Shown here: piece after piece, positions 19,634 through 29,012 of the stretch
How positions within the stretch are numbered: the stretch's first letter is position 1
Layout: every line of letters begins with the position of its first letter
Source: a bacterium
Lineage (GTDB): Bacteria > Zhuqueibacterota > Zhuqueibacteria > Zhuqueibacterales > Zhuqueibacteraceae
Direction of reading: 5' to 3'
Assembly: GCA_044869275.1 (NCBI GenBank)
Contig: JBIOXB010000014.1
Location: 27,264 to 91,263 of the forward strand
DNA length: 64,000 nucleotides
Program-made: the position numbers and the translations under genes
The notes under the pieces: generated by a model
Told to the model about the DNA's origin: nothing
The model's input: the letters and a program-made list of their open reading frames with translations, nothing else
The model's database searches: none

Positions 19634-19650
19634 TGCAAACATCACGCCAG
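19634..19650 (-). promoter_or_regulatory. Putative sigma54 (-24/-12) promoter of the giant-protein operon
   Basis: Minus strand reads CTGGCGTGATGTTTGCA (GG-N10-GC, TGGC..N5-TTGCA), ~100 bp upstream of the first gene. Confidence 0.6.
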
Positions 19651-19866
19651 CAAGGACTTAGCGCGCATGAGCAAATGTAAATGCTTTTGAATCAAGCGCG
19701 AATACCATGCTTCTTTGTCTTTGATTCTCCCATCGGTGAGGCACATGTCGAATCAAAGCGATACTATGTCCAGAATTGATCAAAATCGCGGCTGGCGCTT
19801 CGAAGAGATAACGAATGATTTTGAACGTGAGGCGAAAATGGAGGCAAACCGTAAAAGGTTCAACAA

Positions 19867-21000
19867 CTATTTCAGCATCGCCCGAAGCAAATACACAAAG
19901 CTCTTGCTGTCATTTTCCGTGAGCTTCAGATTCCTTTCCGCACGCTTGTATTCCGGGTTGATCTTCACCGCTTGCCGGAACTCCTCCAGGGCGCGCAGGA
20001 ACAAATTCCGGGACTGAATCAAATAAGCAATGCCGAGGTGATTGTGTAGGTCGGGGTATTCGGGGAAGTCTTGCGCCGCGGCGAGCAAGCGTCCGGCGTA
20101 TGTTTGAATGTATGCCTCATCCCGGCTTTTGCCGCCAAACATGAATTTCAAATAAAACTCGTTTTCGAGAATCTTATCCGGCGCCGCGGAGGTTTCTTCG
20201 CGGGCGTTTTGCAGGTGGATGATCGCCTCGACATGATCTTTCCTTGCCAATGCCGCGTGCGCCTCTTGTATTTTAAGAGAATGCTGCGGCGGCGCTCCCG
20301 GCGGTATCAGTGCCTCAAGCAGATCCTGCGCGCGCTTGAGGCGCGTGGACGGCGGCGGCGGATGATCCTGCAACGGTTGCGGCCCCTGCAAAGTGAGCAG
20401 CAACGTCAGCGCGAGCAGCAAATGGGTTTGTGAAAACCTGGGGTTGAGACGCAACGCCGCTTCGAAACAGGACAGCGCTTCCAGCAGGCGTTCCTGCTCG
20501 AGCAAGGCAAGGCCGAGATCGTGATGCAAATCGGGATACTCCGGCGCCAGCTCCAGGCCACGGCGGAACATTTCCTCAGCTTGGACGAAGTCCCGCTGGC
20601 GCAAAAAGGCGCGCCCCAGGCCCTGATGCGCCTCCGGCATCTCCGGACCCAGCTCGACTGCCTGCCGCAACACGGCCAGGGCTTCTTCGGGTAAGTTCTT
20701 TTCCAGGAAAAAAGCGCCCAAGCGCAGGTAGGAAGGACAATGCTTGGTGCGGCGGACTCTTTCCGCGATATGAAACAGCAATTCCATCTCCGCCATCACT
20801 TCCAGATGGAACTGTTGCAGCTTCGGCGAGAGGCTTTGGGGATTGGTCTCGCCCGGGCAAAGCAGCTCGTGCTGGTCAATGACGCGGCCTCGCTCGAATA
20901 CATGCGAGACGAATTTCTGCTTGCCCGCGGAATACGTCGTCTGTACGTGAAAGCGATGCCCGCCGGCTGCCACGTCGCCGTTCAGTCCTAATTGCTGCAT
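19867..21000 (-). CDS. Cytoplasmic tetratricopeptide repeat protein
   Basis: Several TPRs (YPDLHHDLG, YPDLHNHLG, NPEYKRAERNL); small N-terminal domain with G.N..V..GG..FHVQT; RBS GAGGAG before ATG 21000. Confidence 0.85.
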   Translation of the reverse strand: MQQLGLNGDVAAGGHRFHVQTTYSAGKQKFVSHVFERGRVIDQHELLCPGETNPQSLSPKLQQFHLEVMAEMELLFHIAERVRRTKHCPSYLRLGAFFLEKNLPEEALAVLRQAVELGPEMPEAHQGLGRAFLRQRDFVQAEEMFRRGLELAPEYPDLHHDLGLALLEQERLLEALSCFEAALRLNPRFSQTHLLLALTLLLTLQGPQPLQDHPPPPSTRLKRAQDLLEALIPPGAPPQHSLKIQEAHAALARKDHVEAIIHLQNAREETSAAPDKILENEFYLKFMFGGKSRDEAYIQTYAGRLLAAAQDFPEYPDLHNHLGIAYLIQSRNLFLRALEEFRQAVKINPEYKRAERNLKLTENDSKSFVYLLRAMLK

Positions 21001-21043
21001 GCTCCTCTCTCCTGATCCCATCCCTCAGCATGTTACAGAATAG

Positions 21044-21403
21044 TCACTCGCCTTCACTTTTCCCCTGCGAGGGAGAGGGGAGGGGAGCTTTGGAAGTCGA
21101 TGATTTCTTGGTTGCTTCGCTCGAGGTTTTCTTATCCGGCGTCTTTTCGCCGGAGACGGTGCCGTTTCCGGCTTGGGCTTTCTCCTCGCCGGATTCAGAT
21201 TTGCCCTCGCCAGACTTCGCAGGCTTTTTGTAGTCGGTTAAATAAAAACCCGAGCCCTTGAAAATCAGTCCCGCGCCGCCATGAATCCGGCGTTTGACGG
21301 GCCCGCCGCACTTCGGGCAGGTATCCGCCGGCGGCTCCGAAATGCTTTGAAACAATTCGAAAGTATCGCTGCAGGCTTCGCAATCATAGTCGTAGGTTGG
21401 CAT
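21044..21403 (-). CDS. FmdB-family zinc-ribbon protein
   Basis: MPTYDYDCEAC...CPKCGG...GLIFKGSGFYLTDY followed by a low-complexity K/S/E tail. Confidence 0.92.
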   Translation of the reverse strand: MPTYDYDCEACSDTFELFQSISEPPADTCPKCGGPVKRRIHGGAGLIFKGSGFYLTDYKKPAKSGEGKSESGEEKAQAGNGTVSGEKTPDKKTSSEATKKSSTSKAPLPSPSQGKSEGE

Positions 21404-21582
21404 AGTGGAACTCCATTACAGAATCACTAAATGTTGGCAGTCAATTTGACAAGATAACGATGAAATGCAAGGGGAAATTCGTCGAGTTTCTGTCAAGCTT
21501 ATTTCTGCCTCTTTTCCCGAGGCAGGCGAAAGACGGCAGCTGGCCCTTCCGGCCCCCGGAATGGCGAGCGGGCCGGGCAGCC

Positions 21583-22785
21583 TTAAGACTGAGAAATCTC
21601 CGTGCAGGCGCGCAGCAGCCGTCGCGTACCCTCTTGCAGATTCTCCATGGAAGTTGCATACGACAGGCGCAAATGCTGCGGCGCGCCGAAAGCCTCGCCG
21701 CTCACCATGGCCACGCCCACATGCTCGATCAGCATTTTGCACAAAGTGGAGGGCGTGTCAATATGTTCGCCCTTCCAGGTTTTTCCGAGCAAAGAAGCGA
21801 CATTAAACAAAACATAAAACGCCCCACCCGGGCGGCGCACGGTGACACCCGGCATTTCGCTCAGCGCAGCGCAGGTGAAATTTCGCCGCCGCTCGAATTG
21901 CTCACGCATTTTCAGCAGCTCGGTTTCATCTCCTAAAATGGCCGCGAGCCCGGCCGCTTGTGAAATGGAACATGGATTCGAAGTCGTATGGCTTTGAATT
22001 TTGGCTATGGCTTGCGTCAGCGCCAGCGGGGCGGCGACGTAGCCCAGCCGCCAGCCGGTCATGGCATAGGCTTTAGAAAAGCCATTCACCAACAACAAGC
22101 GATCGTACAATGCAGAAAACGTGGCCATGCTGGTGGTGGCAAGCCCGCCGTACACCAGCTTCAGATAAATTTCATCTGACAGCAGAAAAGTTTCGTGACG
22201 CGCGAGCACGGCAGCAAGGGCTTCCAATTCATTCGTGGCATATACCGCGCCGGTGGGATTACCGGGATTGTTCAGAATCACGAGCTTGGTGCGTGGCGTG
22301 AGCGCCTGCGCCAACTGCTCGGCCGTGATTTTGAAGCCGTTGCTTTCAGCGCCGGCCACGAACTTCGGGACCGCGGCCGCCATCTTCACCTGCTCGGGAT
22401 AGCTCACCCAATAAGGCGAGGGAATGAGCACCTCATCGCCGGGATTGCAGAGCGCGAGAATGGCGTTGTGAATCGCCTGTTTCGCGCCAGTGGACACCAC
22501 GATTTGCCGGGATTCGTATTGTGCCCCGGTTTCCTGCCGGATTTTCTGGCAAATCGCCTCGCGCAAAGCGAGGGTGCCGACATTGGGCGTGTATTTCGTT
22601 TTGCCTTGCTGAATTGCGGCAATGCCCGCGGCTTTCACATGCTCCGGCGTATCAAAATCCGGCTCGCCCACACCCAAATCAATGACGACCTTGCCTTGCT
22701 TGCGCATCTCAGCGACGAGCGTGGTCACGGCCAAGGTCTCGGAGGGCAGTATACGTTTTGCGAACTCGGATTCTTGAAAGTGCAT
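21583..22785 (-). CDS. aspC: PLP-dependent class I aminotransferase (aspartate aminotransferase-like)
   Basis: GEPDFDTP, NNPGNPTG, SDEIY and NGFSKAYAMTGWRLGY (PLP lysine) motifs. Confidence 0.9.
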   Translation of the reverse strand: MHFQESEFAKRILPSETLAVTTLVAEMRKQGKVVIDLGVGEPDFDTPEHVKAAGIAAIQQGKTKYTPNVGTLALREAICQKIRQETGAQYESRQIVVSTGAKQAIHNAILALCNPGDEVLIPSPYWVSYPEQVKMAAAVPKFVAGAESNGFKITAEQLAQALTPRTKLVILNNPGNPTGAVYATNELEALAAVLARHETFLLSDEIYLKLVYGGLATTSMATFSALYDRLLLVNGFSKAYAMTGWRLGYVAAPLALTQAIAKIQSHTTSNPCSISQAAGLAAILGDETELLKMREQFERRRNFTCAALSEMPGVTVRRPGGAFYVLFNVASLLGKTWKGEHIDTPSTLCKMLIEHVGVAMVSGEAFGAPQHLRLSYATSMENLQEGTRRLLRACTEISQS

Positions 22786-22801
22786 GCTGGTCCTTCAAAT
22801 T

Positions 22802-22920
22802 ATCAATTGACAATTCATCGTTGGCAATTGGCAGTTAACGATTCGCCACTAACGATTGAAATTCGACGACCAAGAATTGTGAATTGTCAAGGGAGAACGG
22901 TCAATTGTCAATTGCTAATT
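22802..22920. repeat. Degenerate heptamer (CAATTGA/TCAATTG-type) arrays in inverted arrangement
   Basis: tcaattgacaattc...ggcaattgg on the left and aattgtgaattgtcaa...tcaattgtcaattg on the right of the pta-aspC intergenic space. Confidence 0.6.
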
Positions 22921-22935
22921 GATATTATGAATCTC

Positions 22936-23913
22936 TCACGACAAAATCGAACAAATACACGCAACATTCACGATATCATCCGCCGAGCAGCCACGCGAGA
23001 GATCATTGATCGGCTTGGCGAAGCCCTGCAGAATGGGCCCAATGGCGTGATAGCCCGCGAGGCGCTGCGTCAGTTTGTAGGCGATGTTGCCCGCGTCCAA
23101 ATCCGGAAAGACCAGGACATTCGCATTGCCCTGCACGCGGCTGTCCGGCGCTTTGCGTTTCGCCACCTCCGGAACCAGGGCGCTGTCAATCTGCAATTCA
23201 CCGTCGATTTGCAGGGCCGGAGCGATGGCGCGCGCCAGTTCCGTTGCTTCCCGCACTTTGTCCACGCGGGCGTGGCGGGCGCTGCCCTTGGTGGAAAAGG
23301 AAAGCATCGCGACCACGGGGATTTCGCCGGTCAGCTGTTCGTGCCTGCTTGCCGACGCCACGGCGATTTGTGCGAGTTGTTGCGGTGTGGGATCGGGCAC
23401 GACCGCGCAATCGGCATAGGTCAAAACTTTGCCCGTGGCCGGAGACACCATCTCAAACGTGCTGGAAGCCAAATCGTTCCCCGGGGCCAGCCCAATCAGC
23501 TTCAGCCCGGCACGGAGCACCTCGGCCGTGGAAGACACCGCGCCCGCAATCGCACCCTGCGCTTTATCGAATTTGACGTACGCTGCCGCAAAGAACAGCG
23601 GCTCGTATAGGATTGATTGCAGCCAGGCGCGCAATTTCACCGGTTCAGAAGCCGCTCTGCAATAATGCTCGATCCAACCCGCCAATTCGGGCGCGTGTCG
23701 CGGATCGACAATTTCCACCTCTTGCGGTGCGTGCGGATCTTGCGCCAAGGCCGCCGTTACCTTGTCATATTCGCCCACCAGCACGGGAATGGCGAGGCGC
23801 TCGGCCAGGAGCATGTTCACGGCTTGCAGCACGCGCGGCTCGGTCGCTTCGGGGAACACCAGGCGGCGGGAGCGTGCCTGCGCGCGGCGGCGGAGAGAGG
23901 TGATGAAATTCAT
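22936..23913 (-). CDS. pta: Phosphate acetyltransferase (short PTA_PTB form)
   Basis: [42 protein letters not shown] and NDLSRGCS motifs. Confidence 0.93.
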   Translation of the reverse strand: MNFITSLRRRAQARSRRLVFPEATEPRVLQAVNMLLAERLAIPVLVGEYDKVTAALAQDPHAPQEVEIVDPRHAPELAGWIEHYCRAASEPVKLRAWLQSILYEPLFFAAAYVKFDKAQGAIAGAVSSTAEVLRAGLKLIGLAPGNDLASSTFEMVSPATGKVLTYADCAVVPDPTPQQLAQIAVASASRHEQLTGEIPVVAMLSFSTKGSARHARVDKVREATELARAIAPALQIDGELQIDSALVPEVAKRKAPDSRVQGNANVLVFPDLDAGNIAYKLTQRLAGYHAIGPILQGFAKPINDLSRGCSADDIVNVACICSILS

Positions 23914-24398
23914 GACTGCTTCCCGAACTTCTGCCGCAATCTTTCACGCACGAGCGGCGGCACGAAACTGTCCACTTCGCCGCCGAAACGCGCGACTTCT
24001 TTCACGATGGTCGAATTCAAATACGTGTAGCGTTCATGCGACATCAAAAAAATCGTGGCGATGCCGTTGGAGAGCTTGCGATTGACCAGCGCCATTTGAA
24101 ACTCGTACTCAAAATCCGAAATCGCGCGCAAGCCGCGAATCAACGCTTGTGCGCCGCGCGCGGCGGCATATTCCACCAGTAAGCCGGTGAAGCTGTCCAC
24201 TTCGACGTTGGCAAACGGCGCGGCGGCCTGCCGGATCATCTCGACGCGCTCGGCCGTAGAGAACAGCGCCGTCTTGGCGGAATTCGTGGCCACGGCAACA
24301 ATAACGCGATCGAAAAGCTGGGCCGCGCGCTCGATAATGTCGAGATGGCCGTTGGTGATCGGGTCGAAGGTTCCGGGGTAGATGGCCAGTCGCATCAC
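23910..24398 (-). CDS. coaD: Pantetheine-phosphate adenylyltransferase
   Basis: [16 protein letters not shown] and [16 protein letters not shown] motifs. Confidence 0.97.
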   Translation of the reverse strand: MMRLAIYPGTFDPITNGHLDIIERAAQLFDRVIVAVATNSAKTALFSTAERVEMIRQAAAPFANVEVDSFTGLLVEYAAARGAQALIRGLRAISDFEYEFQMALVNRKLSNGIATIFLMSHERYTYLNSTIVKEVARFGGEVDSFVPPLVRERLRQKFGKQS

Positions 24399-24940
24399 GT
24401 TTTCCTTCGGTAAAATCGCGCCGCAGTTTCGCCGATCAGGCGTTCCCTGGTTAACTGGAGCTGTTCCACCTGCGGAGCAGGGAGGCGCGCCGAGGTTTCG
24501 AGCACGATCAAGCCATCAACGGCCAAAACGGGGTGCGGCTGCATCAGCGCGAGCAAAGCTTGGTGTTGCGAAAACTCGTAAGGCGGGTCAGCCAAGATTA
24601 AAGCATACGGCGCGTGTTTCGGGCGCGCCAAAAAAAGAAACGCATCTTCGAGTATCACTCGGCCGTGATCCTCAAGATGCGTCCTGCTTAAATTCGTTTG
24701 AATCGCGGCGAAGCTCTCCCGGCTTTTGTCCACGAAATCAGCCCATTCGGCTCCACGACTGAGCGCTTCGATGCCCAGCGTGCCGGCGCCGGCATAGAGG
24801 TCCAGCACGCGCGTGTGGAGGGGAAAATCGCCGAGCATGTCGAAGATCACCGTGCGCGCCCGGTCGCTGGTGGGGCGAACCTCGCGGCCCGGCGGCGTGA
24901 TCAGCGCATGCCCTTTGCGCGCTCCGGCAATGACGCGCAT
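24395..24940 (-). CDS. rsmD: 16S rRNA (guanine966-N2)-methyltransferase
   Basis: MRVIAG..KG, RPTSDR, LDLYAGAGTLGIEALSRGA, ADPPY; classic rsmD-coaD pairing. Confidence 0.95.
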   Translation of the reverse strand: MRVIAGARKGHALITPPGREVRPTSDRARTVIFDMLGDFPLHTRVLDLYAGAGTLGIEALSRGAEWADFVDKSRESFAAIQTNLSRTHLEDHGRVILEDAFLFLARPKHAPYALILADPPYEFSQHQALLALMQPHPVLAVDGLIVLETSARLPAPQVEQLQLTRERLIGETAARFYRRKT

Positions 24941-24945
24941 TTCTT

Positions 24946-26109
24946 TTACATCTCGACGTAGCCGAGATGCATGACCAAATCCAGCACTTCGGAATTCAAA
25001 CTACGGCGATCCGAAGGGCTGACGATGATCTTTGAAACCGCGACGCTGAAATTGCTGCTGCCCAGTGTGTTGAGCAGCGAGAGCACGCTCGCTTTGCTGC
25101 CGGTAAATTGAATCTGCATCGGGATGCGGCCCAAATCGTCGCCGCTCACGCCCTCGCCGATGCTGAAACGCTTCAGCGTCAGGCCGCTATTTTGCCCTTG
25201 CTGTTTCACCCATTCGGCAAACTGGTTGGCGCCCATGCGATTCAGGCTGCCGCGCAGACCCGCCATGCCGGCTTGGGGATCCATCTTGCCCGAAAGCACC
25301 GCGGTGCTGCGCATGCCGCTCTCGGTGGCGACATTCGATGTCGAAACCGCTTTCAACTGCATGGGCGAAACATTGCGTTGAATCACGGCGCTCAGCTCGC
25401 TCGTGGTCGCGTCGGAGGGCGAAAGGAATTCCACCAAGAAGTTGTTGTTGCCGTAATACGTGATCAGCGTGAACCCGTTGGCGGCGGAAAATGAGTTCGT
25501 CAACGCATTCACGGTTTGGGTGCTGAGCCAGGTCGAGGCAATCAAATCCCTTTCCAACGGCGACAGAGCTGCGGCGCTGGGGGGTGGTGCGGTAGTCGTC
25601 ACCGAAGGCTGATTCGCCGCCATGCCGGTCGAGGTTGAAGGCTGGCCGGCAGAGGGTTGCGATTCAGCAGGCGGTGTCGTGAGGGCACCCGGCGCCGTTT
25701 CCGTGCCCGCGGGCTGCTCGGAACTTGGTTGGTCCAACGGAGATTCTGCCGGTGCCTCAGTCACTTCAGGCTCGATCACGGCCGGCTCTTCCTTTTGCAC
25801 GATGATGGGCGGCTTTTTCGCCCCACGCGGAATCAGGAAAAACACCGCGGTGAGTGCGGCGAGAATCAGGCCCAAAACGATAAGATACGCTTTGGTGCGC
25901 GAGGAGCTGTCGCCGTATAACTCCGAGGGCTTGCGCGCGAACTTGGGTGCGGGTGGCTGTTTTTGATAGCTTCTCGCGCCCGTTTCTTTGTATGGGGGAG
26001 GATCGTCTTTCAGAATCGGGTCATCGAGGCTCACCGTTTTGGCGAAGCTGGATTCTCGCTGGCGATCCTCGCTGTTTTCGTCCTCACCCATGAGGTTGAT
26101 GTCGACCAT
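24946..26109 (-). CDS. Single-pass membrane protein, PilN/PilO-like
   Basis: N-terminal DINLM (cf. PilN INLLP), one TM helix, Pro/Ser/Thr linker, C-terminal domain with PilO/GspM-like pattern (IQFTGSKASVLSLLNTL); follows the PilM-like gene. Confidence 0.5.
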   Translation of the reverse strand: MVDINLMGEDENSEDRQRESSFAKTVSLDDPILKDDPPPYKETGARSYQKQPPAPKFARKPSELYGDSSSRTKAYLIVLGLILAALTAVFFLIPRGAKKPPIIVQKEEPAVIEPEVTEAPAESPLDQPSSEQPAGTETAPGALTTPPAESQPSAGQPSTSTGMAANQPSVTTTAPPPSAAALSPLERDLIASTWLSTQTVNALTNSFSAANGFTLITYYGNNNFLVEFLSPSDATTSELSAVIQRNVSPMQLKAVSTSNVATESGMRSTAVLSGKMDPQAGMAGLRGSLNRMGANQFAEWVKQQGQNSGLTLKRFSIGEGVSGDDLGRIPMQIQFTGSKASVLSLLNTLGSSNFSVAVSKIIVSPSDRRSLNSEVLDLVMHLGYVEM

Positions 26110-26139
26110 AACCGGCCTCCACTCGATGATTGTTTTGTC

Positions 26140-27108
26140 CTAAGAAAAGTTCTTCAGCGCAGCTCCGATGCAGACGGCAAAGCTTTCCGGGTGCGTCTGC
26201 GCCAAAGGATCCGCTGCTTGATCTTCCATTTTGAGTTTGCGAAACGGATTGACGCGCTCAATGCGGATCTTGTGCGTCTCCTGCAAAGCGTGCACGATCT
26301 GATCGGAAACGTTGTCGCCGTGCAAGTAGATCGCGTTCAACTCCTCCACACCTTTGCCAAGTTTTTGATCCAAAATGATGCGGCGCAGCTCCTTGGAAAG
26401 CAGCCGCGGTAAAAACATTTCGTCCGCATGCGGCGAAGCGGCCTGCTCTTCCAGGGGATAATCCACTTCCTGCACGAGCAAGAACGTTTTGTCTTTGACC
26501 AGGGCAAATTGCAGATTGTCTTTGCGCAGATCGACCAGTGCGGTGTAAGCCTCGCGGACGGATTCATAGTTCGATTGCAGGGCGCGATGTGCCGCGAAGA
26601 CATCGACTTCGATGGCCGAGATGCGCAGATCGGTTTCGCGAAAGACCTTTTTCAGAAAATTGACGGCGGCACGGCGCACGGCGACGATGATGGCTTCGGC
26701 GTATTCCTGGTCGGGCGAGGAGGGTACGTGCTCAAAGTCGATGATGTATTCGTCGCGAGGATTGATGAAGCACTGTTCAATTTCCCAATGCACGTGATCT
26801 TGCAGGCGCTGGCCTTTCAAGCTGCTATCCACCGGCACCTTTTTAATCGACACCATGTTGGAGTCGAGGGTAAAAGTCGCCTGTTGTGCCTGAAAGCTCG
26901 AAATCTCGTACAAGCGGTTGATATCTTCGGCGAATTTGTGGGTCAGGGCCTCGTCCTTGAACACGGAGAATTGAAAGGGAATCTTGACCTTGCCTTGCGA
27001 GAGTTTGGTGATTTTTGCTTCGCCATTGGCCGGCTGCAATTCCGTCATACGCAGCGCCGTATCCCGGATGCTTATCCCGATCACTCCCCGGTTTGCGTCA
27101 TTTGCCAT
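26140..27108 (-). CDS. pilM: Type IV pilus assembly PilM-like actin-fold protein
   Basis: VIGISI..., WEIEQ....PRDEYIIDF, AIEVDVFA, ALVDL, and NPF...FAVCIGAAL match the PilM/FtsA fold pattern, though diverged. Confidence 0.72.
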   Translation of the reverse strand: MANDANRGVIGISIRDTALRMTELQPANGEAKITKLSQGKVKIPFQFSVFKDEALTHKFAEDINRLYEISSFQAQQATFTLDSNMVSIKKVPVDSSLKGQRLQDHVHWEIEQCFINPRDEYIIDFEHVPSSPDQEYAEAIIVAVRRAAVNFLKKVFRETDLRISAIEVDVFAAHRALQSNYESVREAYTALVDLRKDNLQFALVKDKTFLLVQEVDYPLEEQAASPHADEMFLPRLLSKELRRIILDQKLGKGVEELNAIYLHGDNVSDQIVHALQETHKIRIERVNPFRKLKMEDQAADPLAQTHPESFAVCIGAALKNFS

Positions 27109-27320
27109 AGCCTGTTTTTTCGATCTAGGTCTTAGAAAAATGCTCCACGGTCAGGCTTGGCGGCTGGCCAATCCGTCCGTGAGGAGGTCTGCCTTGGTTT
27201 TTCTTTCTGCCCTGGGTCTGATCATTTTGCTGTCGCAGCCCCGTAAAAGTTAATCTATCTGCAAAACCAAGCATTTGCCGAAACTGAGAGACAAATTCTT
27301 TGCCACGGTCCTGCCGGGCT

Positions 27321-27752
27321 TCACTGCAACACCACCCAATCCTTCAAAGCTTCGAGCTTGCGTTTGCCTATACCCTTGACTTTGGCCAGGTCTTCCCAAC
27401 GCCGGAATTTCCCGTTCTGTTCGCGGTAGGCAACCAGGCGCTGCGCCATAGCCGCACCGATGCCGGGCAAGGCGATCAACTCCGCGGGTGTGGCGGTGTT
27501 GATATTGATCCGTTTGCGCGCTGCTGCTGGTATTGCAGACGGCGCGGTCAGTCCACGCACTTGCGGGACGGAATCAACTCTAGCCGTATCCGGCTCCAAT
27601 TGCCGGGAGAAGATTTGAAACTGAGCCGCCAAGGCCGGAGCCACTGGCGGCGGTGGCTGCTGCCGCCGGTAATACAAAATCACACACCCGGCTCCAAAAC
27701 TTGCCAGCAGGAACACCATGGCGCGCTGCTGGATCTTCGTAAAACCCCACAT
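27321..27752 (-). CDS. comEA: ComEA-family helix-hairpin-helix DNA-binding protein
   Basis: ININTAT.AEL.ALPGIG...AQR.VAYRE.NGKF...EDL.KVKGIG; N-terminal TM segment. Confidence 0.92.
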   Translation of the reverse strand: MWGFTKIQQRAMVFLLASFGAGCVILYYRRQQPPPPVAPALAAQFQIFSRQLEPDTARVDSVPQVRGLTAPSAIPAAARKRININTATPAELIALPGIGAAMAQRLVAYREQNGKFRRWEDLAKVKGIGKRKLEALKDWVVLQ

Positions 27753-27851
27753 GGCCCCGGCTCCCCAAATTGAACCCGCCGCATCCGTTCAATCCGCTTA
27801 ATCCGTTTACATTTCTTTCATGAGCTGAATAATCATTCCTGGCTTTTTCAA

Positions 27852-28982
27852 CTAGTTCTCCCGATTCCGCTTCAGCGTGCCCCTCCAATCCGTGGGCGGA
27901 CGAATCACCTCGGACTTCGACAATTGTTGGAACAATTCGCGTTCTTTCAAAGGCAATTTGTGCGGAATCCAAACCGTGATGCGCACCAGTTGATCGCCAC
28001 GGCCATAGCCGTTCAAGTGCGGAATGCCCTTGCCGCGCATGCGCAAAATTTTTCCGGATTGCGTGCCGGCCCCGATCTCCAGCACGGCCTGGCCTTCGAT
28101 GGTCGGCACTTCCACGCGATCACCCGTCACGGCTTGTACGATGCTCACCGGCAGATCCAGCAGAATATCATCGCCGTGGCGTTCGAACAACTCGTGCTCT
28201 TTTTCATCGATCAGGACGATGACGTCGCCGGGCGGCCCGCCCTTGGGGCCGGCATGGCCTTCACCGCGCACGGTGAGATAATTGCCGGTGGCCACGCCCG
28301 CCGGAATCTCGAGAGTGAGCGTGGTTTCCTCTTCGTGACGGCCCTCGCCTTTGCATTCGCGGCAGGGGTCGCGCACGATGCGGCCCTCGCCGTTGCATTG
28401 CTGGCAGGCGGTGACATTGATGAATTGCCCGAAGAGCGAGCGCGAAACCTGCCTTCGCTCTCCGCTGCCGCCGCAGGCCGGACATCTTACGCTTTCACTG
28501 CCGGGCTGTGCACCCGAGCCGCCGCAAGAATGGCAGCGAATCTGATGCTTGATTTTGACTTTCTTGGTGACGCCCGTGGCAATCTCTTCCAGTGACAGCT
28601 TCAAGCGGATTTGCAGGTCGCTGCCGCGCAACTGACCGCCGGCGGTCCGGCCCGAACGGCCCGCGCCGAAGAAATCTGCGAAAATGCCTTCAGACATGAA
28701 GGTGCGCAGCGCATCCGCCAAATCAAACTCGAACTCCTGCGTGGTGCTGTAGCCACCGCGCGCACCCTCGTGGCCGTAGCGATCGTAGCGTGCGCGCTTG
28801 TCGGCATCGCGTAGAACTTCATAAGCCTCGGCGGCTTCCTTGAATTTTTCCTCCGCCGTCTTATCCCCGGGATTGCGATCGGGATGGAACTGCATCGCCA
28901 GCTTGCGATATGCTTTCTTGACATCGTCTTCCGACGCGTTGCGGGCAACTCCCAGAACTTCGTAATAATCACGCTTGGCCAT
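27852..28982 (-). CDS. dnaJ: Chaperone DnaJ
   Basis: J domain with HPD, four CxxCxGxG repeats, C-terminal domain. Confidence 0.98.
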   Translation of the reverse strand: MAKRDYYEVLGVARNASEDDVKKAYRKLAMQFHPDRNPGDKTAEEKFKEAAEAYEVLRDADKRARYDRYGHEGARGGYSTTQEFEFDLADALRTFMSEGIFADFFGAGRSGRTAGGQLRGSDLQIRLKLSLEEIATGVTKKVKIKHQIRCHSCGGSGAQPGSESVRCPACGGSGERRQVSRSLFGQFINVTACQQCNGEGRIVRDPCRECKGEGRHEEETTLTLEIPAGVATGNYLTVRGEGHAGPKGGPPGDVIVLIDEKEHELFERHGDDILLDLPVSIVQAVTGDRVEVPTIEGQAVLEIGAGTQSGKILRMRGKGIPHLNGYGRGDQLVRITVWIPHKLPLKERELFQQLSKSEVIRPPTDWRGTLKRNREN

Positions 28983-29012
28983 GGCGCCTCATTTCACCGC
29001 AGGAACATTCGC

